From Promethearchaeota archaeon (GTDB taxonomy: Archaea; Asgardarchaeota; Heimdallarchaeia; Hodarchaeales; Hodarchaeaceae): a DNA stretch of 64,000 nucleotides. The stretch lies in the NCBI GenBank assembly GCA_048938105.1, contig JBHLMN010000018.1:32001-96000 (forward strand), written 5' to 3'. The translations under genes were made by a program, and so were the position numbers. Every line of letters begins with the position of its first letter. Position 1 is the first letter of the stretch. Positions 39,953 through 50,159 of this stretch are shown here, one piece after another. The notes under the pieces are model-generated. The model searched no databases and was not told the DNA's origin. It was given only the letters and a program-made list of their open reading frames with translations.

Positions 39953-40068
39953 ATTTCGGTTTCCATTTATTCAAGGAAATTATTCAGAGTATATTCAGAA
40001 TAACTTTTAAATAGTCACGTTTATATTCTGGACTGATTAACTCGGGTAATCTTTAGAGGCAGAATCTC

Positions 40069-40965
40069 ATGAGAAAAAGCAGGAAACCCCTCCTAATCAT
40101 CTTAGTACTTATAACATTGATTGGAACGTTATTCTTGGTCAATCTTGGGAGCGTCTCAAGTAATTCAAATAATTCATTTTGGAACTCAAACCTCGCCATT
40201 GATAATGACGTCACAGAACCACCTTGTGAAGGCAATGAACCAGAAGTTGAAATAACAGGGCTCGTAGAAGACGAAACTTATTCAGGTACAATAACAATTA
40301 AAATTTCTATTACAGACGAAAGTAGCATTAAAGAAGCTTCTATAATAATCATTAACGATGAAGTAGAAAAAAGTGATTATATAGAACTTGAGCTCGAAGC
40401 AGGTACATGGATTGGTTCATATGAACTTAATACTACAGTATTTCCTGATGGTACTTACCTTATCACATTTGAAGTTCTTGATGATTGTGACAACAGCGCA
40501 AAAGTTCAATTTGAGGTAATCTTTGACAATGCTGGAGAAGAATGTGATGACAATGATCCACCAGAAGTTGAAATTAAAGGAATCGAAGATGAGGAGACCT
40601 ACTCAGGCACAATTACAATAGAAGTTACAGTCACCGACGAAAGTGATATTGATAAGGCTACCATTGAAATAGAAGATGGCGATATTAGCGAAAAAGACGA
40701 AATAGATCTTGATCTTAAAGCAGGTACATGGACTGGTTCATATGATCTCGATACAACAGATTTTCCTGATGACACTTATGACATTACAATTGAAGTTTAT
40801 GATGAATGTGATAATGTAAAAAGAATCAGACTTGATGTTACCTTTGACAATGGCATTACTACTGGCGAAGGCCCTAGTCCAACACCTGGATTTGAAGGGA
40901 TTTCAGTATTTTTGAGTCTTGGTACTATTGCTGCTGTTCTATGCCAACAACGGAGAAAAAAGTAG
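40069..40965 (+). CDS. Secreted acidic protein with two Ig-like repeats and a PGF-CTERM-like anchor
   Basis: Signal peptide; 107-aa repeat (DNA offset 321 bp from 40240 to 40561), each copy with a Cys pair; TPGFE + TM + RRKK. Confidence 0.85.
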   Translation: MRKSRKPLLIILVLITLIGTLFLVNLGSVSSNSNNSFWNSNLAIDNDVTEPPCEGNEPEVEITGLVEDETYSGTITIKISITDESSIKEASIIIINDEVEKSDYIELELEAGTWIGSYELNTTVFPDGTYLITFEVLDDCDNSAKVQFEVIFDNAGEECDDNDPPEVEIKGIEDEETYSGTITIEVTVTDESDIDKATIEIEDGDISEKDEIDLDLKAGTWTGSYDLDTTDFPDDTYDITIEVYDECDNVKRIRLDVTFDNGITTGEGPSPTPGFEGISVFLSLGTIAAVLCQQRRKK

Positions 40966-41002
40966 TCAGAGTAATTGAGATAAAGAAGATACATTAGTCG
41001 GG

Positions 41003-41830
41003 CTATTTAATAATGCTTCCCAATGGTGATATTAGGAGGGAGGAAACTATTTTCTCAAATGTAACTCTACGGTTTATGTAATAAGGAAACATAAAGACAG
41101 AGAGAGGAAAGCCAGCTTTTATTTCTTGGAAAGTAAGCGGTGCAGGATAAATCTGCCATGGATGAAGAAACATTACTGAAGCTAATCCTTGGCTCTCTCT
41201 ATGTCGAATGAATCGAAATATTTGATCTCCTATTAATCCAATAAAGAAACCTGAGCCATAAGGAATTTCAAAATTCTTCAAAAACACATTAATTAGTCCC
41301 CGCGGCATATCTACCATCTTTCGCCTTTCCTTAATCTTATTAATCATTCTATAGGAAGATACTGGGATTTCAAGAATAGGAAATTGGTTCTTCAAAATAT
41401 TCTTGGTACTATAAATTGAGGAATCGTACTTAAACCCCGCATCTACTAATAGTTGACATTCTTCAATTGTCAGCTGCATTTCTGGAGCTCTAAACCCTTT
41501 AGGTTTAAATGTTGAAAGAAATTCTTCCGCAAACTTTAGTTCCAAATCCAGTGCATTTTTCCCCATTAATTTAAGATGATTACAGGTGTGAAATCCAATT
41601 TCGTGTTTTAATTGCTTAATTTGTTTAATAAGCTCTGGATACCATTGATAAATCTCACTTACTATAAAGAAAGTCAGATTAGTTTTTTTCTTACTCAATA
41701 TCTCAAGAATTTGGGATGTAGCTTGAACAATGAATCCATTATCTAGACTTTTTCTTTTTTCAGAAGTTAACTCTTGTAATGCGCTTCTATGAACCCATGA
41801 TTCTAAATCGATCGTGAGATGATGATACAT
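41003..41830 (-). CDS. Polysaccharide deacetylase (CE4/NodB)
   Basis: TIDLESW, TFFIV, HEIGFH...H, GFRAP, YDSS, FLHPW. Confidence 0.9.
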   Translation of the reverse strand: MYHHLTIDLESWVHRSALQELTSEKRKSLDNGFIVQATSQILEILSKKKTNLTFFIVSEIYQWYPELIKQIKQLKHEIGFHTCNHLKLMGKNALDLELKFAEEFLSTFKPKGFRAPEMQLTIEECQLLVDAGFKYDSSIYSTKNILKNQFPILEIPVSSYRMINKIKERRKMVDMPRGLINVFLKNFEIPYGSGFFIGLIGDQIFRFIRHRESQGLASVMFLHPWQIYPAPLTFQEIKAGFPLSVFMFPYYINRRVTFEKIVSSLLISPLGSIIK

Positions 41831-41941
41831 AGACTGTAAAAACCTACCTTTTTAATTAAAAGCCTGAAGGCTTTATATTATACGCCTGTGTGGAATATAC
41901 TCTTGTTAATCCCTAGTTTTATCAGCCTTATCTTCAAGTTG

Positions 41942-43426
41942 TCATTGTTTAGTAATTTTTGGAATGAATGACTTTCCATCGAAATATTTTGGTATAGGAG
42001 TATTAAGAAGATTTAGTATTGAAGGAGCAATATCAAGTAAATTTGCATTTAACCGCTTAGGTTTAATTGATGAACCAAAAACTCCAAAAATACCAGTCAT
42101 ATTGTGACTAGCGGGACGATTGACAGCAGCTTGTTTTGGTTTTCGAAATAATCCTCTTAAATGCTCTTCTCCAAACAATTCAAAACCTTTATTTGGAATA
42201 AGTACAAATTCTGGGAGAGTATCAACATGTTTTCCGGAATAGACAACGTTTTTTCGGAAAACATCTTGCATTAGCCTGTAATTTAAGTTGGAGTCCTTGA
42301 TTTTTCTTAATTTTTCAAGGAGTTCAGTAATAAAATGTTCTTTTTCATCACTTGATTCCCATGAGTAATATGGGTTAATATCTATCATATGATTTGATCC
42401 AGGTACATAAAAAGCTCTAGTTTTTTCCCAGTCAATATTAAATATCGATCTTTGTGGTGAAATTTGAGATAAAACATGAGAAGTATATTTTGAGTGTTTG
42501 ATTCTCCATACAATTCCGCGTAAACCTAATTTAAGCATAATTTTTTGGATATTCTCTGGCTTTAGACCTATCCTTCCAACAAATTTCCCCATAGGTCTTA
42601 TACTAAGGTATTTCAAGTAGTTTTGCTGTTCTAGCCAGTTGTTAAGGTGAAATTGCCACTTTACCTCTTCAAAACCATGATCAGAAGCAATCATTAGAGT
42701 TATGTTATCTGTCAGATAATTTATTATTAGTCCTAAAATTTGGTCTATCTTTTGGTAAAATTTTAATAAAATATCTCTCTCATTCCAAAAGAAATGCTGA
42801 ACTACATCCAAGAACCTGAAAACAACAATAAAAAGATCCCATTCTTTTGTTTTTAAGTAGTCTGTGACAATTTGCCATCGTATTTTTTGTGCAAGATTAA
42901 TCCTTTTGAGTAAAGAGTTCTTGTCTCCATCTAATCTAAACAACTCCTCATTAAAATCAATTTTATAATTAGGATGTTCTTTAAGAAAGGAGGATCGAAT
43001 ACTAGGAGGAAACATGAAGTTTGATGAGATCGAAGGAGTTCCGAGACCAGAAATCATTATCCCATTAATTGGATCTGGAGGATAAGTTATTGGAACATTA
43101 ATTACAATAGTTTTATAACCCCTCCGTGATAATATTTCCCATATAGCTTTGGCTTTTCGATCGTGGGCTGTGACTGGTTTCATTTGGTCTGTTCCAGGTT
43201 GTATTTTTACAAATCCATAGATTCCGTGTTTTCCAGGATTAACACCACAAAACATACTTGTCCATGCAACAGGTGATAGAGGAGGAATGGATGATTGAAG
43301 ATTTCCTAAAATACCTTCTTTTTGAAATAATAACAGGTTTGGTAGTTTCTTCTCTTTAAAAAACTCTTCGATAAGTTTTGGAGTGGCACCATCAATACCT
43401 ATAAAGATTACACGATACCTGTTCAT
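41942..43426 (-). CDS. Alkaline phosphatase superfamily / type I phosphodiesterase-nucleotide pyrophosphatase
   Basis: IGIDGA, SSIPPLSPVAW, NPGKHG, D.VQH, SDHGF, H...G.F. Confidence 0.88.
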   Translation of the reverse strand: MNRYRVIFIGIDGATPKLIEEFFKEKKLPNLLLFQKEGILGNLQSSIPPLSPVAWTSMFCGVNPGKHGIYGFVKIQPGTDQMKPVTAHDRKAKAIWEILSRRGYKTIVINVPITYPPDPINGIMISGLGTPSISSNFMFPPSIRSSFLKEHPNYKIDFNEELFRLDGDKNSLLKRINLAQKIRWQIVTDYLKTKEWDLFIVVFRFLDVVQHFFWNERDILLKFYQKIDQILGLIINYLTDNITLMIASDHGFEEVKWQFHLNNWLEQQNYLKYLSIRPMGKFVGRIGLKPENIQKIMLKLGLRGIVWRIKHSKYTSHVLSQISPQRSIFNIDWEKTRAFYVPGSNHMIDINPYYSWESSDEKEHFITELLEKLRKIKDSNLNYRLMQDVFRKNVVYSGKHVDTLPEFVLIPNKGFELFGEEHLRGLFRKPKQAAVNRPASHNMTGIFGVFGSSIKPKRLNANLLDIAPSILNLLNTPIPKYFDGKSFIPKITKQ

Positions 43427-43439
43427 TATCTTTGGTTTC

Positions 43440-44729
43440 CTATTGGACTGTACGATTGTTTGACTGGTCTCTTTTTACAAGAATCATACTAATTATTCCA
43501 AATATCATAAAACATACTGAGAAAAACATTATCAAGAATATTGTTGAGAGAGAGTCATGAAACAGGATTATTCCAATTACTTCGAAAATTATACCGAGAA
43601 ATAAGGGAATGTTATAAGAATAATTATTTAATGCGACATTATAATTAATTAAGATAGCTACTACCCCATAAAGAAGAAAAACGAGAGTAAAAAAAGGTAA
43701 ATAAGCAATAGCAGGACGATATAATTCTCCAAAAATCGTCAATACAAAAAATTCACCCATGAAGAATATACTTAAATATACAACCATGGATAAACATAAC
43801 GATATCAATAGACTTGTTTTAAGTACTTTTAAAACATCTTGTCGAGATTCATGTGCTTTTACAGCTTTTGGAATCATCACAATAATAAAAGCAGTAGCGC
43901 TATAAAGAACGATTCTACCAATTGTTGAGAGAATAGCATAATATCCTGATTCGGTTGTTGAAAAAAATATACGAATCAATAATATATCTAAATTAAAAAA
44001 TAAAATAAAGCCAATATCTGTAATTAAAACTGGAAATATTACTTGAAAATCAATGTTCACTGGGAAATCTTCTCTATTAGTGTAGAAATAAGGAGACACA
44101 AATACTAATAGTAATATTGGAGTACAAAATCCAGCAATAATTATCCCCCATATCGCTCCAACTACTCCAAATCCATATAGAACGAGTAATAAGCCAATAA
44201 CCAATCTTATACCTGGAAAAAGAAGGAGACTGAAACCTAATCTATTAGTATTTTCCATTCCCTGAAAAATACCCTCGATTACTGGATTTATTACCGTAGA
44301 AAAGACATAAGATACAGTAATAAATATCAATATTTCAGTTTCAAATTTCAGAGTTGTTGCAATGAAGGGGGAAAAGATTAGTAGCAATAGACCGATTCCG
44401 ATGAAGAATGGAAAGATAAATCTGAGAATATTAATAAATAGACTTTTAATTGCTCCAAGGGTTTTGTTTAATGCTATTAAGGAGGATTTTTTCGCAGCAA
44501 CAATCGTTATGCTTTTGTAAGGAATTGTTAAGATAGCTAAAATCGATAACAGGGCCGAAAGGAGACCAAACTCACTTGGTGATAATAATCTACCCATAAC
44601 TATTTGATACAAGAAAGTTAAGAAATTTTTGCTAAAAATAAAGAATAATATCAAGAATCCTGTAATTGCAAAACTATTAATGACATTATTTCGCCATATA
44701 TTCTTCAATTTGTCATTACGCATTCTCAA
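43440..44729 (-). CDS. Wzx/MATE-type oligosaccharide flippase
   Basis: About 12 TMs; GRLLSPSEFG, GIFQG, DILLI.......GYY. Confidence 0.88.
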   Translation of the reverse strand: MRMRNDKLKNIWRNNVINSFAITGFLILFFIFSKNFLTFLYQIVMGRLLSPSEFGLLSALLSILAILTIPYKSITIVAAKKSSLIALNKTLGAIKSLFINILRFIFPFFIGIGLLLLIFSPFIATTLKFETEILIFITVSYVFSTVINPVIEGIFQGMENTNRLGFSLLLFPGIRLVIGLLLVLYGFGVVGAIWGIIIAGFCTPILLLVFVSPYFYTNREDFPVNIDFQVIFPVLITDIGFILFFNLDILLIRIFFSTTESGYYAILSTIGRIVLYSATAFIIVMIPKAVKAHESRQDVLKVLKTSLLISLCLSMVVYLSIFFMGEFFVLTIFGELYRPAIAYLPFFTLVFLLYGVVAILINYNVALNNYSYNIPLFLGIIFEVIGIILFHDSLSTIFLIMFFSVCFMIFGIISMILVKRDQSNNRTVQ

Positions 44730-44780
44730 TAAAATCCTATAATTATCTTTTTAGTTACTTTAACCCTTTGTTATTCATTT

Positions 44781-45350
44781 TTAGTGAAATCCTGTATTAT
44801 TTTTCTCTACCCGCTTTATTCTCCTAGCTGGTACACCCGCTACTATGTTATAAGCTGGGACATCTTTTGTTACAACGGAGCCAGATCCCACGATGCAATA
44901 TTCCCCTATGATTACTCCAGGCATAATGATTGAATTTGTACCAATATAAGTTCCTTTTTTTATCAAAATTGCTCCTAAAAAAGCATTCAAATCAGTACGT
45001 TCACTTGTAAAGTGAGTGATAAATGTAACATTGGGTGCTATTGAAACTTCGTCCTCAAGATAAATAAGATATGGGAACAAAACATCGAATTTCACTTCTT
45101 CAGAAATTGAAACACGTTTTCCTATGTGTACCCCCCTTTTTCGTTGAACAAATACCCGCATTCCTAGCCATGGTATGAGGTATCGGCATAGCATTTCAAA
45201 ATAGAAGTAAAATATCAACCGATTAATTGTTTTGAAGATTCCAATTAATCCCTTTCGATAACCATAGAAATCTCTATAATATCTTAAACTTGCTAGCAGA
45301 CCCTTTTTCCCTGTAGAAGGTTCGATAGGGATTTTCTTAAATGGGCTCAT
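44781..45350 (-). CDS. Hexapeptide-repeat acyltransferase
   Basis: IGTNSIIMPGVIIG...IVGSGSVVTKDVP...AGVPAR. Confidence 0.9.
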   Translation of the reverse strand: MSPFKKIPIEPSTGKKGLLASLRYYRDFYGYRKGLIGIFKTINRLIFYFYFEMLCRYLIPWLGMRVFVQRKRGVHIGKRVSISEEVKFDVLFPYLIYLEDEVSIAPNVTFITHFTSERTDLNAFLGAILIKKGTYIGTNSIIMPGVIIGEYCIVGSGSVVTKDVPAYNIVAGVPARRIKRVEKNNTGFH

Positions 45351-45406
45351 GAAAACTAAGCTTCCTAAGATTCTATCTAATCAATTAAGTTTCTAAAGTA
45401 GAGGTT

Positions 45407-45769
45407 CTAATGAATTCCTATTTGGTGATTTTCTCTTTTTCTCTGCATCAGAAAATCAATGAAATCGGTAATAGTACCAATAATGATGAAAAAGAAAGCA
45501 ATTAGCACAATATCACCAATAGTCTTTATTAATGACCTATTTAATCCAACTAGAGAAGCTACAAGAATAAGAACAATACCAAATAGCTTAAGAATCGTAG
45601 AACGATCCGTTGTTGTAAGATTTAGGGGAATAAAAATAATTAGAATCCAGATAAAAATTGTTTCCTTAAATATTATAAACAACAGTGATATACCCGCGAG
45701 ATAAATTGAGAAAAAAATGATACTCTCTGTCAAAACTTCCTGAAAGCTTTTATAAATTCTGATCAACAT
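45407..45769 (-). CDS. Small 4-TM membrane protein coupled to the GT-C-like gene
   Basis: Hydrophobic 120 aa, 3 bp downstream of the 1447-aa gene. Confidence 0.7.
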   Translation of the reverse strand: MLIRIYKSFQEVLTESIIFFSIYLAGISLLFIIFKETIFIWILIIFIPLNLTTTDRSTILKLFGIVLILVASLVGLNRSLIKTIGDIVLIAFFFIIIGTITDFIDFLMQRKRENHQIGIH

Positions 45770-45772
45770 CTT

Positions 45773-48700
45773 TCAAAACCCCTTTAAGTTTTTTTTTATA
45801 TTTTTCAATTCTTTTCTCAAATCTATTCGATCTAAGACTATTAAACCCCAGAAAATCGCTATACTTATCACAGAGAGGTTTATGCTTGCATTGAACCATG
45901 TTTGAGGCAGATATTTAATTGTAATTGAAAAATCTCCTGTTTTATTTATCCAAAAACTGTTGATTATTGAAAAACAGGGGATTGAAGTAATTAGAGGCTG
46001 ATCATCAATCTGAGCAACCCAAAGAGGATCATAACATTCAGAAAGAACTAAGATAAATGGGTCAATTGCATTTTGAATAGAAACTTCATATTTTGTAGGG
46101 GAAACTTTCTCATAAGTAATTTTTGGTTGTAATTTATTAGATTCAAAGAATCTATTGAATGGATCTGTATCTGAAAGACCTTTGATGAGATACATACAAT
46201 CAAGGTAGCTATCTAAACTTGTGTTTAAACGAATAGTATATTCACCCTGTTTACAAACGATTGGTACCGAGGAATACACAATAGATTCATCAGATGATTT
46301 TAACGGGCTTAATTCTAGCACTGTGTTATTGATATTAACAGAAACAGCTGGTTGATTATTACCAAGAAATCTGCAAAACAATCGATAATTTCCCTCTTCT
46401 AGAACATCAATAGTTGTTTCTCCTTCTATCTGAGGTTCGAGATATATCACTCCCTTTCCTGAGGCTAAACCACCATATCGTGTAATGAATCCATCGGGGT
46501 TTTCAAATAGAAGTTCTATTTGATCAAACCAAGTGGTTCCATTTTCGGGAAAATTACTATTTCTCCATCCAGCGTTTAAAACAACTGATACTTTTGTGAA
46601 ATCAGAATCTAGTCTCAAATTTATTGAATAATCCTGCCAATCCCGATAACCATCAATCCCACTTGGGTTTTGTCTAATTTGCTGCCAAGTCTCTGCAGTT
46701 TCATTATAACCATATAAAACAGCATGAGACTGAATCGAGTTTTCTGTTTTCATTTTGACTCTGAAAATACATTTAGAATTCGGTTCAATATCGATTTCAT
46801 CAGAAATTATCCAAGACCATTGAGGAGTAGTATTATGTGTACTTACTCGTAGGCTGGAAGCTCCATGCTGACTATTTTCCATGTCTAAAGAAATTGAAAA
46901 TTCCTCATTGACAAAGTTCCACCCTTGAGTTGAATTTTCAAAACTTGGATTAGGAATCTTGTTTTCTATATTCCGAATCGGAGTTTTTATCCCTTCTTCT
47001 GCTTCTAAAATGTACATTATGTCTTTCTCTGAAATAATATCGGAAACTGTTTTTTTTAATGAGCTCATTTTTGCTGAAGGAATTACTTTTATAGCTGATA
47101 TGCCATTGAACCCTTTAGTATTTGAGAAACCAATTTTATGAGCTCCTTTTAGAAAGGTATAATTTCCAATATGTTTCCACCGAAAAACTGGCTTATTATA
47201 AATAGTATCTATATCGATAACATCAGTCCCTTCATCTAAACTCACACGAATCTGACCTCCCTCTGGACTCTCGAATACCCGAATAAAAATCTCATGTATT
47301 CCAGATTCAGGAATGGTAAAAGGAATATCTATAGAGGGAACTCTCTCCCATTCAGCTAAAGAATATAAGTATAAATTGTCAAGATACCATCTTGATGCAA
47401 GATAAGGATTATGTCTAGATAAAATCTGAAAACGGATGAATTTTGTTTTTTCTGGTAGTTTTAAGGTTTCATCGATTTGTGTAAAATCAAAATTTGGTTT
47501 TATAGTATCAAAAATAATTTCTGTAGCCAATAAATCGTATTCTTCATCAAAATATAGTCCTCTTACTCTTATTTGAGGACAATGCTCCCCCTTTATCGAA
47601 AAACCTGCATGTAAATGTAATGTATCTGGGATTTCGATATACGCAGATCTAAAATCAGCCCATCTATCAGTATCCCCAAAAGGAATGCTTCCTGTTAAAC
47701 ACGAAACTACTCCTGTAGATGTTTCAACTTCTGTAATTGTTAAGTTTGTATCTTGTGATGAATACCAAAAATTTGTCTCTGAAGAGTTTTTAAATTCTAT
47801 TTGAATAAGAGGTTCTGCAGGAAGATCGTATGGTTCAGTCAAAGCTTTTGTACTATAAGTGAAGATAAGTCCTTTATTATAATCAAATTCATAAGTATCA
47901 ATATCTCTATCTTGAAGATAAGGATGCCAACGACCATAAAGTGGATCATGGTACATACCTGCAGACCAGGTGGAAGAGGGATCATATTCTGTAACGTGAT
48001 CAAAAGGAAAAATCCAATAACCATCTCCAAAATATGCATAAAGATCATTATTTGTGAAGTTTGCTGGGAAAATAATGAAATCAGCTTTTTGAAGATCCTC
48101 AACCTCCCTGATATTATAATCTAGAAAAGAGATAGCAGTCTGGTAAGGATCAAACGCTGAAATCGCTACCAATGAACCCAGAATTTCTTGGCCACCAAAG
48201 GTTAAACCATACTCTTCAGGAGAGTAACATCTCGATCCTAATCGCAATCCTTCGTTTTCATAAATGGTTATCATCCCCTGGGTTTTCACTGATGACATAT
48301 TTCTCTGAGATTGCATATTAATGAGCATTTTTTCGACTTCCCCCGCATGAGGATCTTGTAGATCATTATGGAAAATTAAAAATCTCACATCAAGCATATC
48401 AAGGAATTTATAGAGATTTTCTGTTCTATTATTCAATATCAAAGACGTTGATCTATCATAATGGTCTAATATGTATGTATAAAACTTGTTTAAGTTAACA
48501 TATGCTGAAAAAGTAGGATTATAAGAAGAAATTTCATCGAAATTGAGTAAGTCCCAAGGTCCTGTAATTTGCCAAGTACTTTTCCGACCCATGTACTTCG
48601 GTGTCCATAAACAGCGAGAAGATGGATAATTTTTAGATAACCATTCATTTATCTCAAAATATTCGTCTGGAACCTCTACTGGTAATAATTTTTGCCCAAT

Positions 48701-50116
48701 ATCGCCGACTAATAGAGGCCAAGCAGGAATGATTACACTGAGAATTATTACCGCGGTTACTGTGAAAGTAACACCTTGGTTTAACCATCCTTTTTTGATT
48801 TTATTTTTAACTGCTGGAAATGAACTCAAATAATTTATAATTACAGGTACTAACTCCATATAAGTAAATCCGATTAAAAAAGACCCGAAAAGTAAAACTA
48901 TTGTCATCAAACGGAAGGGATTACGAAAAACCCATCCAAGTGGAAACTTTAAGATAACCCATTCCATAAATTCTTTAATTATAGGAAAACCATCTTCTCC
49001 TAGGGCAGTAACAATAATCATCCAAAAAAGGATAGATAATGTAAAGAAAAGAACATCATGATTTTTTCGATTTAGTATTATTGGAATAAGCCAAATACAG
49101 AAAATTAAAACTGAAAAAATTTGGAAGAATGTGAGAATTATATCGTTTTGTAATATCGGGGGAAGATCTAGGAATCCTATCCCTGACCATTCGATATTTA
49201 GCTTCAAGAGATTGGTGAGAATAGCATTCCTTGAGTAAAGGGCAAGGGCAACACTAGTAAGTATATAGGGCGGACCAAGTAGCACTCCAGTATTAATGGT
49301 GTACAGTAAATACGGAATTATCCAAAAAAGAGAAAACAACCAATAAAGGATAACATTGAAAGCAAATAAAGCTGTTCTTCTCATGATATTTCTTTTTCTT
49401 AAAGATCCTTGTTCCAAAAAGAGATCCGAGATAATTATGAAAAGGGTATAACTTAAATTCACCAGAAAAGCATAAATGATCCAGCGTTGCTCTCCAGCAA
49501 TGAATAACCACAAAAAACTAGAAATCCCAATCATTTTTAGATTTTGATCATCTTGTCCGTGTTTAAAACTAACAAAAACCAAAGGGATGAGAGCTAAATT
49601 GACTTTCATTCTCGTATGACGCGCCATTGAAACCCATGCTGGATTAAAGGTGAAGAACAAACCTGCTAAGAACGATCCTATTATTAGATGGATTTTATTT
49701 CCATTAAAATTTCGTCGTAAAACAAGATATGCTGATAAAAACATTGAATAAGATCCTAAGGTGTGAGAAAATACCCAAAGTAACTCGAAAAGATCCATCG
49801 GTCTGATTTGGAATACTTGAGCAATAAATAAGATTAGTAACATTAAAGGATACATAGTAATTCTATCAAAATTATTAGAACTTAGGTTGCTATTCCAAAG
49901 GGGATAAGTATCACTAATTAGTTCCTCAAGCCGCAAAGGAACCATTAAATCGTTATACACTTCATATTCATTGAACCCTATTGCTGAAAGAGGGATACGA
50001 AAGATAAAGCAACTTATTAGAAGGTAAATGATAATAACACAAATGTGAACTGAAAACACAGGTAAGAATGCCTTTAGAGATGATGAATTTTCTCCTGTGG
50101 TTTCATTTTGACTCAT
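45773..50116 (-). CDS. Large GT-C-like (AftD/DUF3367-like) membrane protein with CBM4/9-like modules
   Basis: Paralog of 36767..39952 (YPLWN, FRNP.R, WPLLVGD, LWTP, VRFLIFHND); NPSFE...GW...WFDQI CBM-like domain; C-terminal TM. Confidence 0.72.
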   Translation of the reverse strand: MSQNETTGENSSSLKAFLPVFSVHICVIIIYLLISCFIFRIPLSAIGFNEYEVYNDLMVPLRLEELISDTYPLWNSNLSSNNFDRITMYPLMLLILFIAQVFQIRPMDLFELLWVFSHTLGSYSMFLSAYLVLRRNFNGNKIHLIIGSFLAGLFFTFNPAWVSMARHTRMKVNLALIPLVFVSFKHGQDDQNLKMIGISSFLWLFIAGEQRWIIYAFLVNLSYTLFIIISDLFLEQGSLRKRNIMRRTALFAFNVILYWLFSLFWIIPYLLYTINTGVLLGPPYILTSVALALYSRNAILTNLLKLNIEWSGIGFLDLPPILQNDIILTFFQIFSVLIFCIWLIPIILNRKNHDVLFFTLSILFWMIIVTALGEDGFPIIKEFMEWVILKFPLGWVFRNPFRLMTIVLLFGSFLIGFTYMELVPVIINYLSSFPAVKNKIKKGWLNQGVTFTVTAVIILSVIIPAWPLLVGDIGQKLLPVEVPDEYFEINEWLSKNYPSSRCLWTPKYMGRKSTWQITGPWDLLNFDEISSYNPTFSAYVNLNKFYTYILDHYDRSTSLILNNRTENLYKFLDMLDVRFLIFHNDLQDPHAGEVEKMLINMQSQRNMSSVKTQGMITIYENEGLRLGSRCYSPEEYGLTFGGQEILGSLVAISAFDPYQTAISFLDYNIREVEDLQKADFIIFPANFTNNDLYAYFGDGYWIFPFDHVTEYDPSSTWSAGMYHDPLYGRWHPYLQDRDIDTYEFDYNKGLIFTYSTKALTEPYDLPAEPLIQIEFKNSSETNFWYSSQDTNLTITEVETSTGVVSCLTGSIPFGDTDRWADFRSAYIEIPDTLHLHAGFSIKGEHCPQIRVRGLYFDEEYDLLATEIIFDTIKPNFDFTQIDETLKLPEKTKFIRFQILSRHNPYLASRWYLDNLYLYSLAEWERVPSIDIPFTIPESGIHEIFIRVFESPEGGQIRVSLDEGTDVIDIDTIYNKPVFRWKHIGNYTFLKGAHKIGFSNTKGFNGISAIKVIPSAKMSSLKKTVSDIISEKDIMYILEAEEGIKTPIRNIENKIPNPSFENSTQGWNFVNEEFSISLDMENSQHGASSLRVSTHNTTPQWSWIISDEIDIEPNSKCIFRVKMKTENSIQSHAVLYGYNETAETWQQIRQNPSGIDGYRDWQDYSINLRLDSDFTKVSVVLNAGWRNSNFPENGTTWFDQIELLFENPDGFITRYGGLASGKGVIYLEPQIEGETTIDVLEEGNYRLFCRFLGNNQPAVSVNINNTVLELSPLKSSDESIVYSSVPIVCKQGEYTIRLNTSLDSYLDCMYLIKGLSDTDPFNRFFESNKLQPKITYEKVSPTKYEVSIQNAIDPFILVLSECYDPLWVAQIDDQPLITSIPCFSIINSFWINKTGDFSITIKYLPQTWFNASINLSVISIAIFWGLIVLDRIDLRKELKNIKKNLKGF

Positions 50117-50159
50117 TATTGAACCTCAATTCTTCTTTGATATCTTAGATTATAACAGA

